From Chiloscyllium plagiosum (lineage: Eukaryota), in assembly GCF_004010195.1 (NCBI RefSeq), contig NC_057719.1, positions 66,676,421 to 66,740,420 on the forward strand: a stretch of DNA of 64,000 nt, written 5' to 3'. Shown here in pieces: positions 26,990-39,587 of the stretch. The notes beneath the pieces were generated by a model. That model was given only the letters and a program-made list of their open reading frames with translations. It did not search any database and was not told the origin of the DNA. Within the stretch, counting starts at the first letter, position 1. The number at the start of each line of letters is the position of its first letter. The translations under genes were made by a program, and so were the position numbers.

Positions 26990-27120
26990 AAAACAAAAGA
27001 ATGCGGAAACTGAAAATCTGAAATAAAAACAGAAATACTGGGAAAAACTCTCAGCAGGTCTGAACTCATCTGTGAAGAGAGAAAGAGTTAATGTTTGAGT
27101 TGGATATGATTTGTTTTCAA
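26990..27120 (-). mobile_element. Old PLE-tail-type short repeat (degenerate)
   Basis: gaaaatctgaaataaaaacagaaatactggg...cagcaggtctg...catctgtg; related to 36349-36475 and to the body of the hammerhead repeats. Confidence 0.55.
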
Positions 27121-27256
27121 ATACTTACACATCTCCTTTCAGTTGAAATAATGGTTTACTTGTATGTCTTTCAGTTTAGTACATTATGTTCACTGTTCAC
27201 AATGAATGTGCTGTGCATTAGCTGGTCATTCCTCAGAACACCTCCATTTGGTTCAC

Positions 27257-27691
27257 AGATTAGATTAGATTACTTAGTGTGGAAACAGGGTCCTTCGGCC
27301 CAACAAGTCCACACCGATCCTCCGAAGAGCAACCCACCCAGACCCATTTCCTTACATTTAGATTTACATTAGATTTTTTTTTAGATTAGATTACATTACA
27401 TTACAGTGTGGAAACAGGCCCTTCGGCCCAACAAGTCCACACTGACCCGCCGAAGCGCAACCCACCCATACCCCGACATTTACCCCTAACCTAACACTAC
27501 GGGCAATTTAGCATGGTCAATTCACCTGACCTGCACATTTTTGGACTGTGAGAGGAAACCGAAGCACCCGGAGGAAACCCACACAGACACGAGGAGAATG
27601 TGCAAACTCCACACAGACAGTTGCCCAAGTCGGGAATTGAACCCGGGTCTCTGGCGCTGTGAGGCAGCAGTGCTAACCATGGTGCCACCCC
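27257..27691 (-). mobile_element. HE1/V-SINE-type tRNA-derived SINE plus a second SINE 3' tail, with (TCTAA)n ends
   Basis: Minus strand has ggttagcactgctgcctcacagcgccagagacccgggttcaattcc (B box) and the V-domain. The tail gggccgaagg(g/a)cc..tttccacact occurs twice (27257-27345 and 27381-27470). Confidence 0.9.
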
Positions 27692-27902
27692 ATGATGTGA
27701 CCATGAACTTCCTGTTGCTTGTCTCTTTAATTCTCTAGATTGTTCTTTCTCTGATTGTTCTGTCCTCAGCGTTCACTGTTGCAGTGGGATCTTAATGTAA
27801 AACCAAGAAACAAGATGCACTTCATTTTCTAATCACAACCTTCCAAACTCAACATGAGTTCAATAATTTTAGATTGTAACTTCTGAAACAATTTGTTCTT
27901 TT

Positions 27903-29510
27903 TTAATTCATTAATTCGTGGGATGTGGCATCACTGGCTGGCCAGCATTTATTGCCCATCCCTAGTTGCCCTTAAGAAGGTGGTGGTGAGCTGCCTCCTT
28001 GAACTGCTGCTGTCCATGTGTTGTATGTTGAACCACTGTACCCTAAGGGAGGGAATTCCAGGATTTTGAACCAGTGACAGTAGGGCACAGTGATATACTT
28101 CCACCTTAGGATGGTGAATGGCTTGAAGGGGAACTTATGGATGGTGGTGTTCCCATGTGTCTGCTGCCCTTGTCCTTATAGATGGAAGTGGTCAGGTGAT
28201 TGGAAAGTGCTGTCTAAGCACCATTGAATGTCAAGGGTCATGGTTAAATTGTCTCCTACTGGAGATGGTCATTGACTGGCATTTGTGTGTTGCGAATGTT
28301 ACTTGCCACTTGTCAGCCCAAGCCTCGACATACTCTAGAACCTGTTGCTTTTGAACATGGACTGCTTCACTATTGGAGGAGTCACGAACATTGCTGAATA
28401 TCATGCAATCATCGGCAAACATTCTCACTTCTGACATTGTGATGGAGGGAAGGTCATTGATGAAGCAGCTGAAGATGGTTGGGCCTAGGACACGGCCCTG
28501 AGGAACATCTGCAGGGATCTTATGGAGCTGAGATGACTGACCTCCATCAACCACGACCATCTTTCTGTGTGGCAGGTATGACTCCTGCAGAGAGTTTGTC
28601 CCCTGATACCCATTGAATCCAGTTTTGCGAGGATTTCTTGATGCCATATTTGGTCGAATATGGTCTTGATGTCAAAGAATATCACTCTCACATCACCTCT
28701 GGAATTCAGCCCTTTTGTCCATGTTTGAACCAAGGCAGTAATGAGGTCAGGAGCTGAATGGCCCTGGCAGAGTCCCAACTGGGCATCACTGAGCAGATTA
28801 TTGCTGAGCAGGTGCTGCTTGATAGCACTATAGCTGACATCTACCATCCCTTTACTAATGATTGAGAGTAAACTGATGGAGTTGTAACTGGCCAGGTTGG
28901 ATTTGTCCTCATTTTGTGTACAGGACATATATGGGCAATTTTCCACCTAGTCAGGTATATGCCAATGTTGTAGCTATACTCGAACAGCTTGGCTCGGAGA
29001 GCAACAGGTTCTGGAGCACATGTCTACAGTACTATTGCTGGAATGTTGTCAGGGCCCGTAGCCTTTGCAGTATCCAGTGCCTCCAACTGTTTCTTGATAT
29101 TATATGTAGTGACTCAAATTGGCTGAGATGTTGGGGACCCCTGGAGGAGGCCAAGATGGATCATTCACTTAGCACGTCTGACTGAAGCTCACTGCAAGTG
29201 CTTCAGTCTTATTGTTTGCACTGATGTGCTGGGCTGTTCCATCATTGAAGATGGGGATATTTGTGGAGCCTTCACCTTGAGTGAGTTGTTTAATTAACGA
29301 TCACCATTCTCGACCGGATGTAGCATGATGACAGAGCTTAGATCTGATCCACTGATTGTGGGATCACTTAGTTCTGTCTATCATTTGCTGCTTATGCTGT
29401 TTGGTAGCTTCACCAGGTTGACACCTCATTTTTAGATACGCCTGGTGCTGCTCCTGGCATGCCCTTTTCTATGCTCTCCATTGAACTAGGGTTTATCCCT
29501 GGCTTGATGG
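27903..29510 (-). mobile_element. Non-LTR retrotransposon (CR1/L2 superfamily) RT, internally deleted, with 3' tail
   Basis: ORFs 28485-28946 (YNSISLLSIISK...DIKTIFDQIWH) and 28231-28647 (VPQGRVLGPTIFSCFINDL...MFADD). Confidence 0.9.
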
Positions 29511-30404
29511 CTTCACCTTTGTTGGTTGTGGTTTTCTCGCTATAGCATTTTGATTTACTTTTTGCTTTTGGATAAAAATTGCTCATGATTTTGACATTCA
29601 CGTCTCTTTCAGACATAGCTTTTCTCCTCAAATTGCTACACTCACTTTGAACTTGCACCATCAAAGCTCCAATCATTTAACTTTCCTGCTTTCCATCCTG
29701 TCACAAACTGTCCTTTTCTTGATTTTTCCATCCTCTCTCTTTCACTTAATTCAAGCCTATTACATCTCTAACTATTTCCCAGCTCTGATGGAAGGTCTGA
29801 TGGGCAGGAATTTTATTGCAGACTCCCAGTCCTGCCATCACAGTGAAATGTGCTCAGGGAACCACTGATCCCAGGGTATAATCCAGAGATCGGTGAATAG
29901 GTTCCCGTTCAGACGCCATCCAGCACTGGGACATCAACAGTCCCATTGTCAGAGGACAGCTCGAGAAGGTTCATTGGTCAACAAAATGTGCTCACACCTC
30001 CTGGGTCAGTTTTTTAGAGGGAGGAACTCCATAGAATGGCCAATAGGGGCAGCCCTAAGCCCTCCAGAAATTACAGTGAGCAGAGGGAGATATGATATGA
30101 GGTATCACTGGACCCCTGGCTTGCCCCTGCAGGGTGCTTTGATCCATCCATCAGGCTTCACCTACAATACTTGACCATACATCATATCAAATTTCATATT
30201 TCTGTAATAGCTGCTTTATTGGGTGACCCTCTGTAAGTGGATTTATATGCTTCCAGCATCCACCATCCCCATCCAAAGGAGCATCCTTCCTGTAATAAGC
30301 TAGGGATTAAGAGTTTGCACACACATTATTAATAAGGTATATATAGACTGAAGTGGGCAAGCCCTACATTTCTGTAGTGATGTTGACTCATACCTGGTAA
30401 ACAA

Positions 30405-31190
30405 GTCATGGAGTCACACAGCATGGAAATAGATCCTTCAGTCCAATTTTGTCCATACCAATCAAGTTTCCCATACTAAACTAGCACCACCTGCCTGTAT
30501 TTGGCCCATATGCCTCTAAACGTTTCCTTTCATATACCTGTCTTTTAAATGTTATAACTGTACCTGTATCTACCACTTCCTCTGGCAGTTCATTCCATAC
30601 GCGAACCACTCTCTGTGTGAAAAAGCTGTCCCTCAGGTCCCTTTTAAACCTTTCTCCTCTCGCCTTAAAAATATGTCTCCTAGTTTTGAACTTCACCACT
30701 CTAGGGGAAAAAAAGCTTTGTTATTCACCTCATCTGTGCCCCTTACGATTATATAAACATCTATAAGGTCACCCCTCAACCTCCTAAACTCCAGTGAAAA
30801 AGTCCCAGCCTATATAGCCTCTCCTTCTAACTCAAACCCTCAATTCCAGCACCATCCTGGTAAATCTTTTCTGAATCCTCTGCATTTTATTAATATTCTT
30901 CTTATAGCAGGAACACCAGAGCTGCACATAGTACTTCAAAAGTAGCCTCACCCACGTCCTGTACAATCTCAACATGTCATCCAACTCCAATACTCAATGC
31001 TCTGAACAATGAAGGCAAGCATGCTAAATACCTTCTTAACCACCCTGACTACCTGTGATGAAACTTTCAAAGAACTGTATTCCTGAACCCCTACGTCTCT
31101 CTGTTTGACAATACTACCCAGGACCCTACCACTAATTGTATAAGTCCTGCCCTTGTTCGTTTTACCAAAATGCAATATCTTGCATTTATC
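30405..31190 (-). mobile_element. CR1 LINE 3' fragment
   Basis: ORFs 30969-31214 (DKCKILHFGKTN) and 30481-30699 (FFTQRVVRVWNELP). Confidence 0.9.
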
Positions 31191-32621
31191 ACATTCACAA
31201 TGTTTACATGGCATTTTGAGCCAGTTTATAGAGGGAAGATTTAGCTCAATGTCAATATATTCAGATTTAAATGCAAACGTGCACCTATCTGAAGTTGATA
31301 TTGAAGATATGCATTAATAGTCAGCATTTGTAGTGAATTCTAATACATTGGTCTGATTCTATTAGACGATTGTAAGAATGCATATAAAGAACAAATGCGC
31401 TTCTGAGTAGATCCAGGTTAGTTTTCAGTGATGTGTTCTCTATTTGTAAGTTAAAAAGATATTATACAAGTAAGCTATATTGCCACATGGAACTCCTTAC
31501 TCTATAGCCCTAATTATTTTCTGACTGCCTCGTGATTCTTTTGATCTGTCGGTTCCATGTACTGCGTGCTCAATTTAACACTTGACTAACAAGTAAGATC
31601 AAATAACAAGATTAAGTGGATAATTTTAGTAAACCTGGACTTGTATTTAGTTCGCCATTACTCATAAGTGCACCGGAATACTATCATTAATCACCTTAAA
31701 TTGAATTCAGAGCACATTTTCATATAATATTTTTTAAGTACCTTGGTCATACTGCTTGTTCAACAGATTCGAGCCCCACACCTGCCTTCAATAAAGATGG
31801 ATTGCACCAACCAGTTGAATTAACACTCACATTCTAAAAGTCATTCAGTGCTCAGAGACTGAACAGCCGTGGAGTAAAGCAAAACACAGTTAAATGTCTC
31901 ATAAATATAAACAACAGCTACAGTATTAAATAAAAGGCTATATCACACAATGTCTGCAATTTGAATTTAGATTTGTTAATTTAACATAAACAGTTAATCT
32001 TGGATCTTCAAAAAACTGAAGTATGATGCGGGTTTTAACACCAATCTGAAATATAGTAGCATTTTTCTGCTAGTAAGGTACTCGAAGATTGATAGAAAAC
32101 ACGCACCAAGTTTCTGCACTGGACAAGAATTACTATGCATTACAAGAAAGTAGACTTTAGCTCCAGGTAAACACTTATAAACCAGCGGCATATAACACTA
32201 CTATTTAACGCTTTAATCGTTAACATGACCAACACAGATAGTCAGACCAGGTTAAATAGGTCATAACAGAGGGGAAAGACTCAAAAAACAGATTAGTAGT
32301 CTCTGTTCTCAGGTTCTGTTGTTGAGATTATAGTTCTGACTCTTGTACTGATCAGCATGGTGCTCAGTCATCTTTCTCCAGATTCTTCCATTGGTTGGCG
32401 AGAAGCTCAAAGTGACTAGTTCATTTATCAAAAGTCTCTGACTTAACAGCTAGAAATAATAGCTTACAACAGCTGTTGCAGGAGTGACAAATTAATTTAC
32501 TTCAGGTTTAAAGTTAGTTTTGACTGCAGAGAGCCCATTCCTGAACAGGAGTATCACAGGACCACGGAGCTAACTAGGGTTATTTAGCCTATTTGTCTTG
32601 GTACTCTCTACCAAGAGCAGC

Positions 32622-32655
32622 TTCCTGAAGAAGGGCTTATGTCCGAAACGTCGAT
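32622..32655 (+). ncRNA. Minimal hammerhead ribozyme motif with intact catalytic core, sense to FMN1 pre-mRNA
   Basis: CUGAAGA-A-GGGC-UUAU-GUCC-GAAA-C-GUC/GA, with a palindromic ACGU stem III. Stem I is only about 2 bp, so activity in cis is doubtful. Confidence 0.6.
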
Positions 32656-32750
32656 TCTCCTGCTCCTTGGATGCTGCCCGATCTGCTGCGCTTTTCCAGC
32701 AACACATTTTTAGCTCTGATCTCCAGCATCTGCATTCCTCACTTTCTCCC
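32622..32750 (+). mobile_element. Hammerhead-motif short retroposon copy
   Basis: Same body as the 13318, 34834 and 45629 copies. Confidence 0.85.
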
Positions 32751-32969
32751 TTGGTTCTCTATATCTCAAATTAGGTGCAAAGCCACAATTTTAACTTGCC
32801 AATGGCTTTATGGGTTTATTTTGTAGTCTTTACACCATTATGAAAGACATATTACTCATGCCTGAATGCTTACAGTAAAGATTGTCCAAGACTGCCTGGA
32901 TATGTTTGTTTCTCTGCTAATAAGATGAGTAAAAGGTGCAATTGCATCTGCTAATTGAATATTATATTA

Positions 32970-33482
32970 GCATTGGCTTAATGGCAGGAGAATAGTGGTG
33001 GAGAGTTGATTCTCGGACTGGAGGCCTGTCACCGCAATGTTCCATAGGGATTGGTTCTGGATCCTCTTTTGTTTCTCATTTATATAAATGATTTGGATAA
33101 GACTATAGAAGGCATGGTTAGTAAGTTTGCGGACAACACCAAAGTTGGTGGTTTAGTAGATAGTGAAGAAGGTTTTCTAAGGGATGGGGGATTTCAAGTC
33201 TAGGGGGCACATTTTTAAGGTGAGAGGAGAGAGATTTTAAAAAGACATGAGAGGCAAATCTTTTACACAGAGGGTTTGTGTGTGGAATGAACTTTCTGAG
33301 GAAGTGGTGGATGTGGGTACAATTACAACGTTTAAAAGACATTTGGATAAGTACATGAATGGGAAAGGTTTGGAGGGATATGGGCGATGAGCAGGCAGGT
33401 GGGACTAGTTCAGTTTGGGATGATGTTCAGCACGGACTGGTTAAACCAAGGGGTCGGTTTCTGTGCTGTATGATTCTATGCC
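32970..33482 (+). mobile_element. CR1 LINE fragment with a large internal deletion near 33180
   Basis: SKFADNTKVGG region joined directly to the RT C-terminus and 3' UTR. Confidence 0.85.
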
Positions 33483-34833
33483 TCTGTTAGCCTCAGTATC
33501 TGCTTAACACATGCAGTCAATAGCAGCAGAGAAGGCTATCTCCAGTGGGCTTGCTATTTGGTAAATTATTATATATGTGTGTGGTGATAAACTTATTGCT
33601 TTAAGAAAAATATTTAAAGCAAAATCAAAAGAGTTACCCACATATCCCATCCTACTGGAAGTCACAAGAAGAGATGTTAACCTTATATTAACAAAGCTTA
33701 TCCTTTGCATTTGAGTGGAATGTTTTGGTGAATGCAATAAATACACAGATTTCGCTTTTCATTTCACACTCATTTAACTGAATTCAGATGCAAAGTTAAA
33801 TAACAGAACAGGTTGAAATGACTACTTTCCATGTTGGAAATTCTGTTTATTTCTGTTTCATACTTTCTCCTGAAGGGCAGAAAATTCTCAGACTCCACTT
33901 GTGCAATCATTGCATTCATACTTTGACTTCTGATTTTATCTCAACTTTAGCTATCAGTTGGATAAGGATATATTTTTGCTGTATACGTTTGATGTTAGCA
34001 GACAATGGCAATCTTGACTTTTGTAGCTTTCAGTCCTTAATGCACTTAAAGAGAGTGCCGAATCACTAAGAATGTGCTATATAGGCAATTGTCAAACTCA
34101 ATTCAATCCCAGCCAAGATCTCCTTAGTTTTAGAAAAATCCACTTGAAGATGCATTCTAAATTTCAGTTCTTCTCACCATTCTGTCAAGAATCCAATCCC
34201 TTCCCCAGTAGCAAAATCTATCAGTTTGTCTGAACTCAACCACCTCAAATATCCTGTTGCATCATCTGGACTTTAGAAGCACAGCAGTTTTATATAAAAC
34301 CTATAAAACCTTTACACAATTTGAGCTTGTCCTTCCATTTCGTTAATGGTTTAAACTGATGTTATAGTGACAGCAGAAATTCATCTTCATCATTTCCAAC
34401 CACTGTGTTTTATATTAAATGTTCACTGTTGAAGTCTGACATTTTTCTCCTAAGTTGCTAAATTTAGCATGAATTGGCAAACAGTACATCATCTGCATTA
34501 AATAGGTTCTGTTAAATATCTTCTGAGTTCTAGCCTGAATTTTTTTTCTGTGTTAAACAAAGCAAAAATCAGTATATGAAAACTATGTAACTCAAATATG
34601 TTGCAGTATCCATTACACATTTGAAGGTAGATTTTCCAATTTTTCCGCTTGGGTTTATTGAGTGTACAATTTGGAAGGGAGTTCATGCTCCATCTAAAGG
34701 AGCCTGCCCTTTTTGGAACCATTAACAGAAGAATAGTTTAGATAAGCTATATCATTAAGTTATTAATTGCCTGCCTGATTTCCTCCAATTTCTATGAACA
34801 GCAGATCTAAACAATACAGAAAAGAATAACCTT

Positions 34834-34961
34834 CCTGATGAAGGGCTTTTGCTCAAAACGTTGATTCTCCTGCTCCTCGGAAGCTGCCTGACCTGCTGTG
34901 CTTTTCCAGCACCACATTCTTCAACTCTAATCTCCAGCACCTGCAGTCCTTACTTTCACCT
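34834..34961 (+). mobile_element. Hammerhead-motif short retroposon copy
   Basis: CTGATGA-A-GGGC-TTTT-GCTC-AAAAC (G12 changed to A). TSD aaaagaataa(c/t)ctt at 34820-34833 and 34962-34975. Confidence 0.9.
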
Positions 34962-35194
34962 AAAAGAATAATCTTGTCAGCCCAGATCATCCCTTGGCCA
35001 GACAGTGATTATTCCAACATAGGTTGGAATTGGCACCCTACTACCCTGGCACCAGCCAATTTGATACCATACCAATCTGATACCATACCAATTTGACATA
35101 CTACCGTCCCCAACCAGCATCTACTCTCCTGGCATCCTCCACTCCTAACAATCTGGCATCCTATCTTCCAGTACCCTAACATTACACCTAACTT

Positions 35195-35310
35195 GTGGAG
35201 GAGAAGGACTCATGGTATCATTGCCCAGAGACCTAGCAATGTTCTTGGGACCCGGGTTCAAATCCCACCATGGCAGATGGTGGAATTTTAATTCAATAAA
35301 AATATCTCAG
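35195..35310 (+). mobile_element. tRNA-derived SINE head fragment
   Basis: B-box gggttcaaatcccaccatggcagatggtggaattt. Confidence 0.65.
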
Positions 35311-36348
35311 AATCTCCTCTTTTTAAAAAAAAGGGCCAGCGTGAAGGGTCTGTGTGAGGTTACCACTCACCAGAAAATCTGACCCAATATATTTAATTTA
35401 GTTAATATTATGTTTGGGGTTCCTTTACGATCATTATGACATTGTGGTGCTTTGTGTGTGTTTGGTGATTCAGAATTCTGAATAAGGTAGCTTTACAGTA
35501 CTGAGAGTGCTGTCAATGATTAACCAAGAAACCCCGACCTAATGATGGAGCCTAGCTTTCCAGTTCTATCACAGATATTTAGGATTCTTCCAACATAGCA
35601 ATTCGACTGCAACCTGATACTCTGTTGAGATCATGGTGCTAGCTAACAATCACGTGAAATCTCAACAATACTCTCAGCCATGGTATTTGGGGGAGACTTG
35701 GGGAGTTGCAGTTCTGCAAAACCCCATTTACAAACTTATGAGTTTCCAAACCTTAGTCCACACCACCGACTATGTTCCCTGGATTAAGCAAGTGGTGTTT
35801 TTCTTTACAAGGAGAAATGAAGTAATTTGTAATAGACAAATGGGAATTCTATAAATGTGTATTTATCATACATTCAGTTTGGAGATTTTTAAAGATAATG
35901 GACCAGATTTCACTCTATTAATAGTGGTGAGGTATTTTCTGTTATTACACAGTGGAAGTGACAGTCTGGAGTATATCTGCACAAATGTGGAAATATATAT
36001 GTTGTCAATACACAATGCCCCTCTGTAGATTGTGCTGCTGCAGTCTTTGTCAATGGTCTCCATGTAGAAATCATTATCATTGTGTGAAGTACCCCCTATC
36101 TTTAATGAAACAAATATAAGGTTTTGTGCTGCTGCAACTTTGAGTAATTTAAGTAGTTATCACTTGCATGTTTAAAAACTATGAGCAACATTTCTGGACC
36201 TGAAAAAAAATTCTTCCATGTGTGAAGTTCCATCCTTTCAAAAGACAATTAATGTTGCAGATTTAAAAGAAAATAAACTAAATTGATTTATATTTTATTT
36301 TACCTCTTCCTCATTCCCATCAATTTGTCTCAATATATATTACGTTTA

Positions 36349-36475
36349 CAAAAGCAAAATATTGTAGATGCTGGAAATCTGAAATAAAAGCAAAAAAAGC
36401 TGGAAGTTTTGTGCAGCTCAGGCAACACCCGTGAGAATTGGAAATAATCGTTTGGGTCAATGACCTTCCACCAAA
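36349..36475 (-). mobile_element. Old PLE-tail-type short repeat with a decayed hammerhead-like end
   Basis: gatgctggaaatctgaaataaaagc...; the minus strand ends ggtggaa-ggtca-t-tgacc-caaacg (stem II retained, core decayed). Confidence 0.5.
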
Positions 36476-38099
36476 CATATTTGCTCTGTGTGCAATAATT
36501 TAATGGCAATTTGTACTTCATCTTATTTTACTTGCTGCTTTTCCATCTGCCTAGTCTGTTGAGGCTTCTTCAGCCTGATTTGTTGAAAAATGTCTCTCTG
36601 CTTACTCTGTTTGCTAATGACATGGCACCTCTGCAGAGGGCACCAGACTGTATGGGGAACCCAGTTACTGGTAACTCCATTGAGAAATCCAAAATGGAGG
36701 CTGAACACAAGGTGAACATTGCATTTCCACAGCTCAATGAAATGCTGGCTGCTAAGTTTCGTGCCCCTGACTGATAAAAAAATATACTTTCACCTGTCAA
36801 ACATAGTCAGTTTTAATCTGGACATTTACATCTGTTTTCACTTTTGAATCAACTTTGGAAATTTAAACTGGAGAACAAATACATTCAAGTGATATTGGAA
36901 CCAGTAATGGTAAATCATTCCAATGTATGCATTGGAAGAAGGTGGGATTTGCTGACCTAATTAATAAAATTGCTGAAACTTGCGATATGAATGTTTAAAT
37001 ATTCCTTGATCCACTTCTTGGGGGTGGTGCTTTCGTATTCCAGGTGTACCAAATAGGTGTCCACAGTGCCCATGCACTCTTCTGGAGGAAGCTATTTCAG
37101 ATGCCATATTGATGAGGGTGATAGTACATGCACAATAGACAGATCATGCCATCTATCAGCATGTTTGGTACCAGCGTCACCATTAGCGCATTTCTTGCAC
37201 CAGCTGAAATTGTCTCTTGATCTGCAAATGGTTTTGGAGGACAACCTTGAGGAATGCTTGGCCTAGAACTGCCAATTTCTTAGTGTGCCATCTCAACATG
37301 GGTTGCACCTGCCTGAGGTCGCGAGTTGACAGGTAACAATGAGGGAACGAATGTGAGGGTGAATGTTGTCCAGCTGAGAGTGTACAGTAGGTTCATGTCC
37401 CATAGAGTATTCGTCACCACCTTGAATGGGGACCTAACAGGCCTAGTCATCTGTTGGAGGGCAGCTTATTGGATTGCTGTACACCTTTTCAACATCACTG
37501 TTCCCAGGTTTGATAGCAGCAGTTGGAACTTAAATAACAAGCTGAGTTTGATACTAAAGTCAATGCAAGTCAAATTGAGTTCTCGGTGGGTATAATGGAA
37601 ACTGAAACTGTGTCTCAAAAGCAATGAACTCTAGTCTCTTTGCACTGTCCCATGCCAAGTTGGTGCTGAACCCCTCCATGCTCCATGACATTGCATGCAA
37701 GCTTTCTAGCAGGTCTCCCATTCCATCAAGCATTTCATTGCACACAGTAAAACACAGCGGATGCTGGAAACCTGAACTAGCAAAAGATGTGAAGCACTCA
37801 GTACATAAGGTAATGGGTGCGGTGAGAGAAGCAGTTAAAATTAAAAGCCATTGAACTTTTGTCAGAACAGAGCTAGAGATGTAACAGCTTTCAAGCAAGT
37901 GTAGAAGTAGGAAAAAGAGTGAAGAGAACAAAAAGGAAGGTCTGTTACGTTATGGATGGCAGGAGAGATTGATGAACAAGAGATGGTACTGCAAGTCAAA
38001 ATCAGATTATGATTATTATTAATGTAAATAAACACAAAACAGGTCTTGAGAAGATGCCATTGAGAGTGACAGAATGATCATCTGTATCTCCTCAAGAAA

Positions 38100-39587
38100 A
38101 TTAAGACAGCGATAGAAAGGCAAATGTGTGGAAAGGTGCCATGAGAAGAGAGATATTGGAGGTGATTAAGGAGTTATCAGCCGCTGCTGCTGAGGTCAGA
38201 TCTCACTCCACTATTCAGAATGCTTCGTGCAAAAGATCAGAGTAACATCTCTCCCTTAACTATGCCAAATTCTTCCCAAATTCCCCAAGATTTGTGCTTC
38301 ACCAATCTGGACTTTGAAGTACTGGGTCATGAAAGGTACAAGGAGATACTTTTGGTAAGTTATGGTGAGGGAGGAAAGCCAGATGTGCAGATCATCTACA
38401 ATTTGTAAATCCGCAGAGATGCTGGATGATAAAGTTTTAATTTATTTGGATAACTAAGGTACCCATTTGCAGAGCATTGATACTACTTTAGACATGGCCC
38501 TGCAACACCTGGCGAGTGGAAAAATGCAAGTTGGAATTTTTAAAAGTAGCCTTGAATATGCGTAAAAAAATGCATTATAGAACTGTCAAAAGCAACAGCC
38601 AAAATGACCTGTCATGACAAACTATTAGAAGTGCCATGAAGAGCTGTCATGAGGCTCTGTCAAAAGTGTCAGAAGGACCTGGCAAGTGGAGTCATAGAGC
38701 ATCTGTCAAGATGAACTTTCGAAATTGTTAAGAGGAATTGTCAATAGGAACAGTTAAAGTGTCAAACAGAACCATCAGAAGCAGCTGACAAACAGCTGTT
38801 ACGGTTTTTAAATGTTCAACACTTTAACTCTTCAAAGCAAGTTTTTAATTTTAAAAGTCACTCCTTGCTATTTCACTTTGTCTGTTGATATAAGTACCAT
38901 TACTAGACTGGTACTGCATGACTGACTTCATATTCTTCCATTGTCACAGAAGGATGCCTTCAATGTCACAGTTTGATTGACAGCTACAAATGGTTATAGA
39001 CTCGTTGAAATGGGACAATGAAACAAATATTTGTTATTGTCAGAGTTTGCATGCTTGAATGAAATGTTTGTTATAAGGAAGGAATATAAAGGTATATTCA
39101 AAAGTATGATTTTTTTCAATATGGTGAAGTCTGCAATAAACATTTGGAAATTCATTTTATTTCATCTTTTATGGTTTGTATTATAGGTGTAGAGGCCAAA
39201 TGGTGGTGGGTGGGGAGAATGGGTTGACATGAGTTGGCACAAAGTAGCATGTTGGGTTATAAAGGCGCATACAGGTAGAGAAGGGGAGAACTTGGCATAG
39301 GGGTATAAAGGACCATGAGTTTGGAAAACAGATTGGAGGATAACGAGGGGCTCTTTGGGATGGGTCGAGGAGAATAGGTTCACCTGGACGATATAAGGGT
39401 CATGGATTATGGACAAGCGATGTGTTAGCCTGGTACAGGTTATGAGAGGTGGCATGCGTTGCATGAATGAGGGCTGAAACCTGCTACACTGGAATGAAAA
39501 CCCCAACTTCCAGGCTGCTTTCTCCTGAGTTGCATATGCAAAAATGTTCTGACTCTATGCTCCCAAACCGAGTGAAAATTCAGGCCT
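38100..39587. mobile_element. Probable old DNA transposon remnant (Harbinger-like), boundaries uncertain
   Basis: Ends in gaaaattcaggcc, a TIR-like end similar to ends at about 10567 and 35385. Contains an internal TGTCA array and a G-rich degenerate repeat. No transposase recognised. Confidence 0.35.

Noticed and set aside
31735..32600. Possible additional solo LTR
   Set aside because: Composition is suggestive, but I could not define termini or a TSD.
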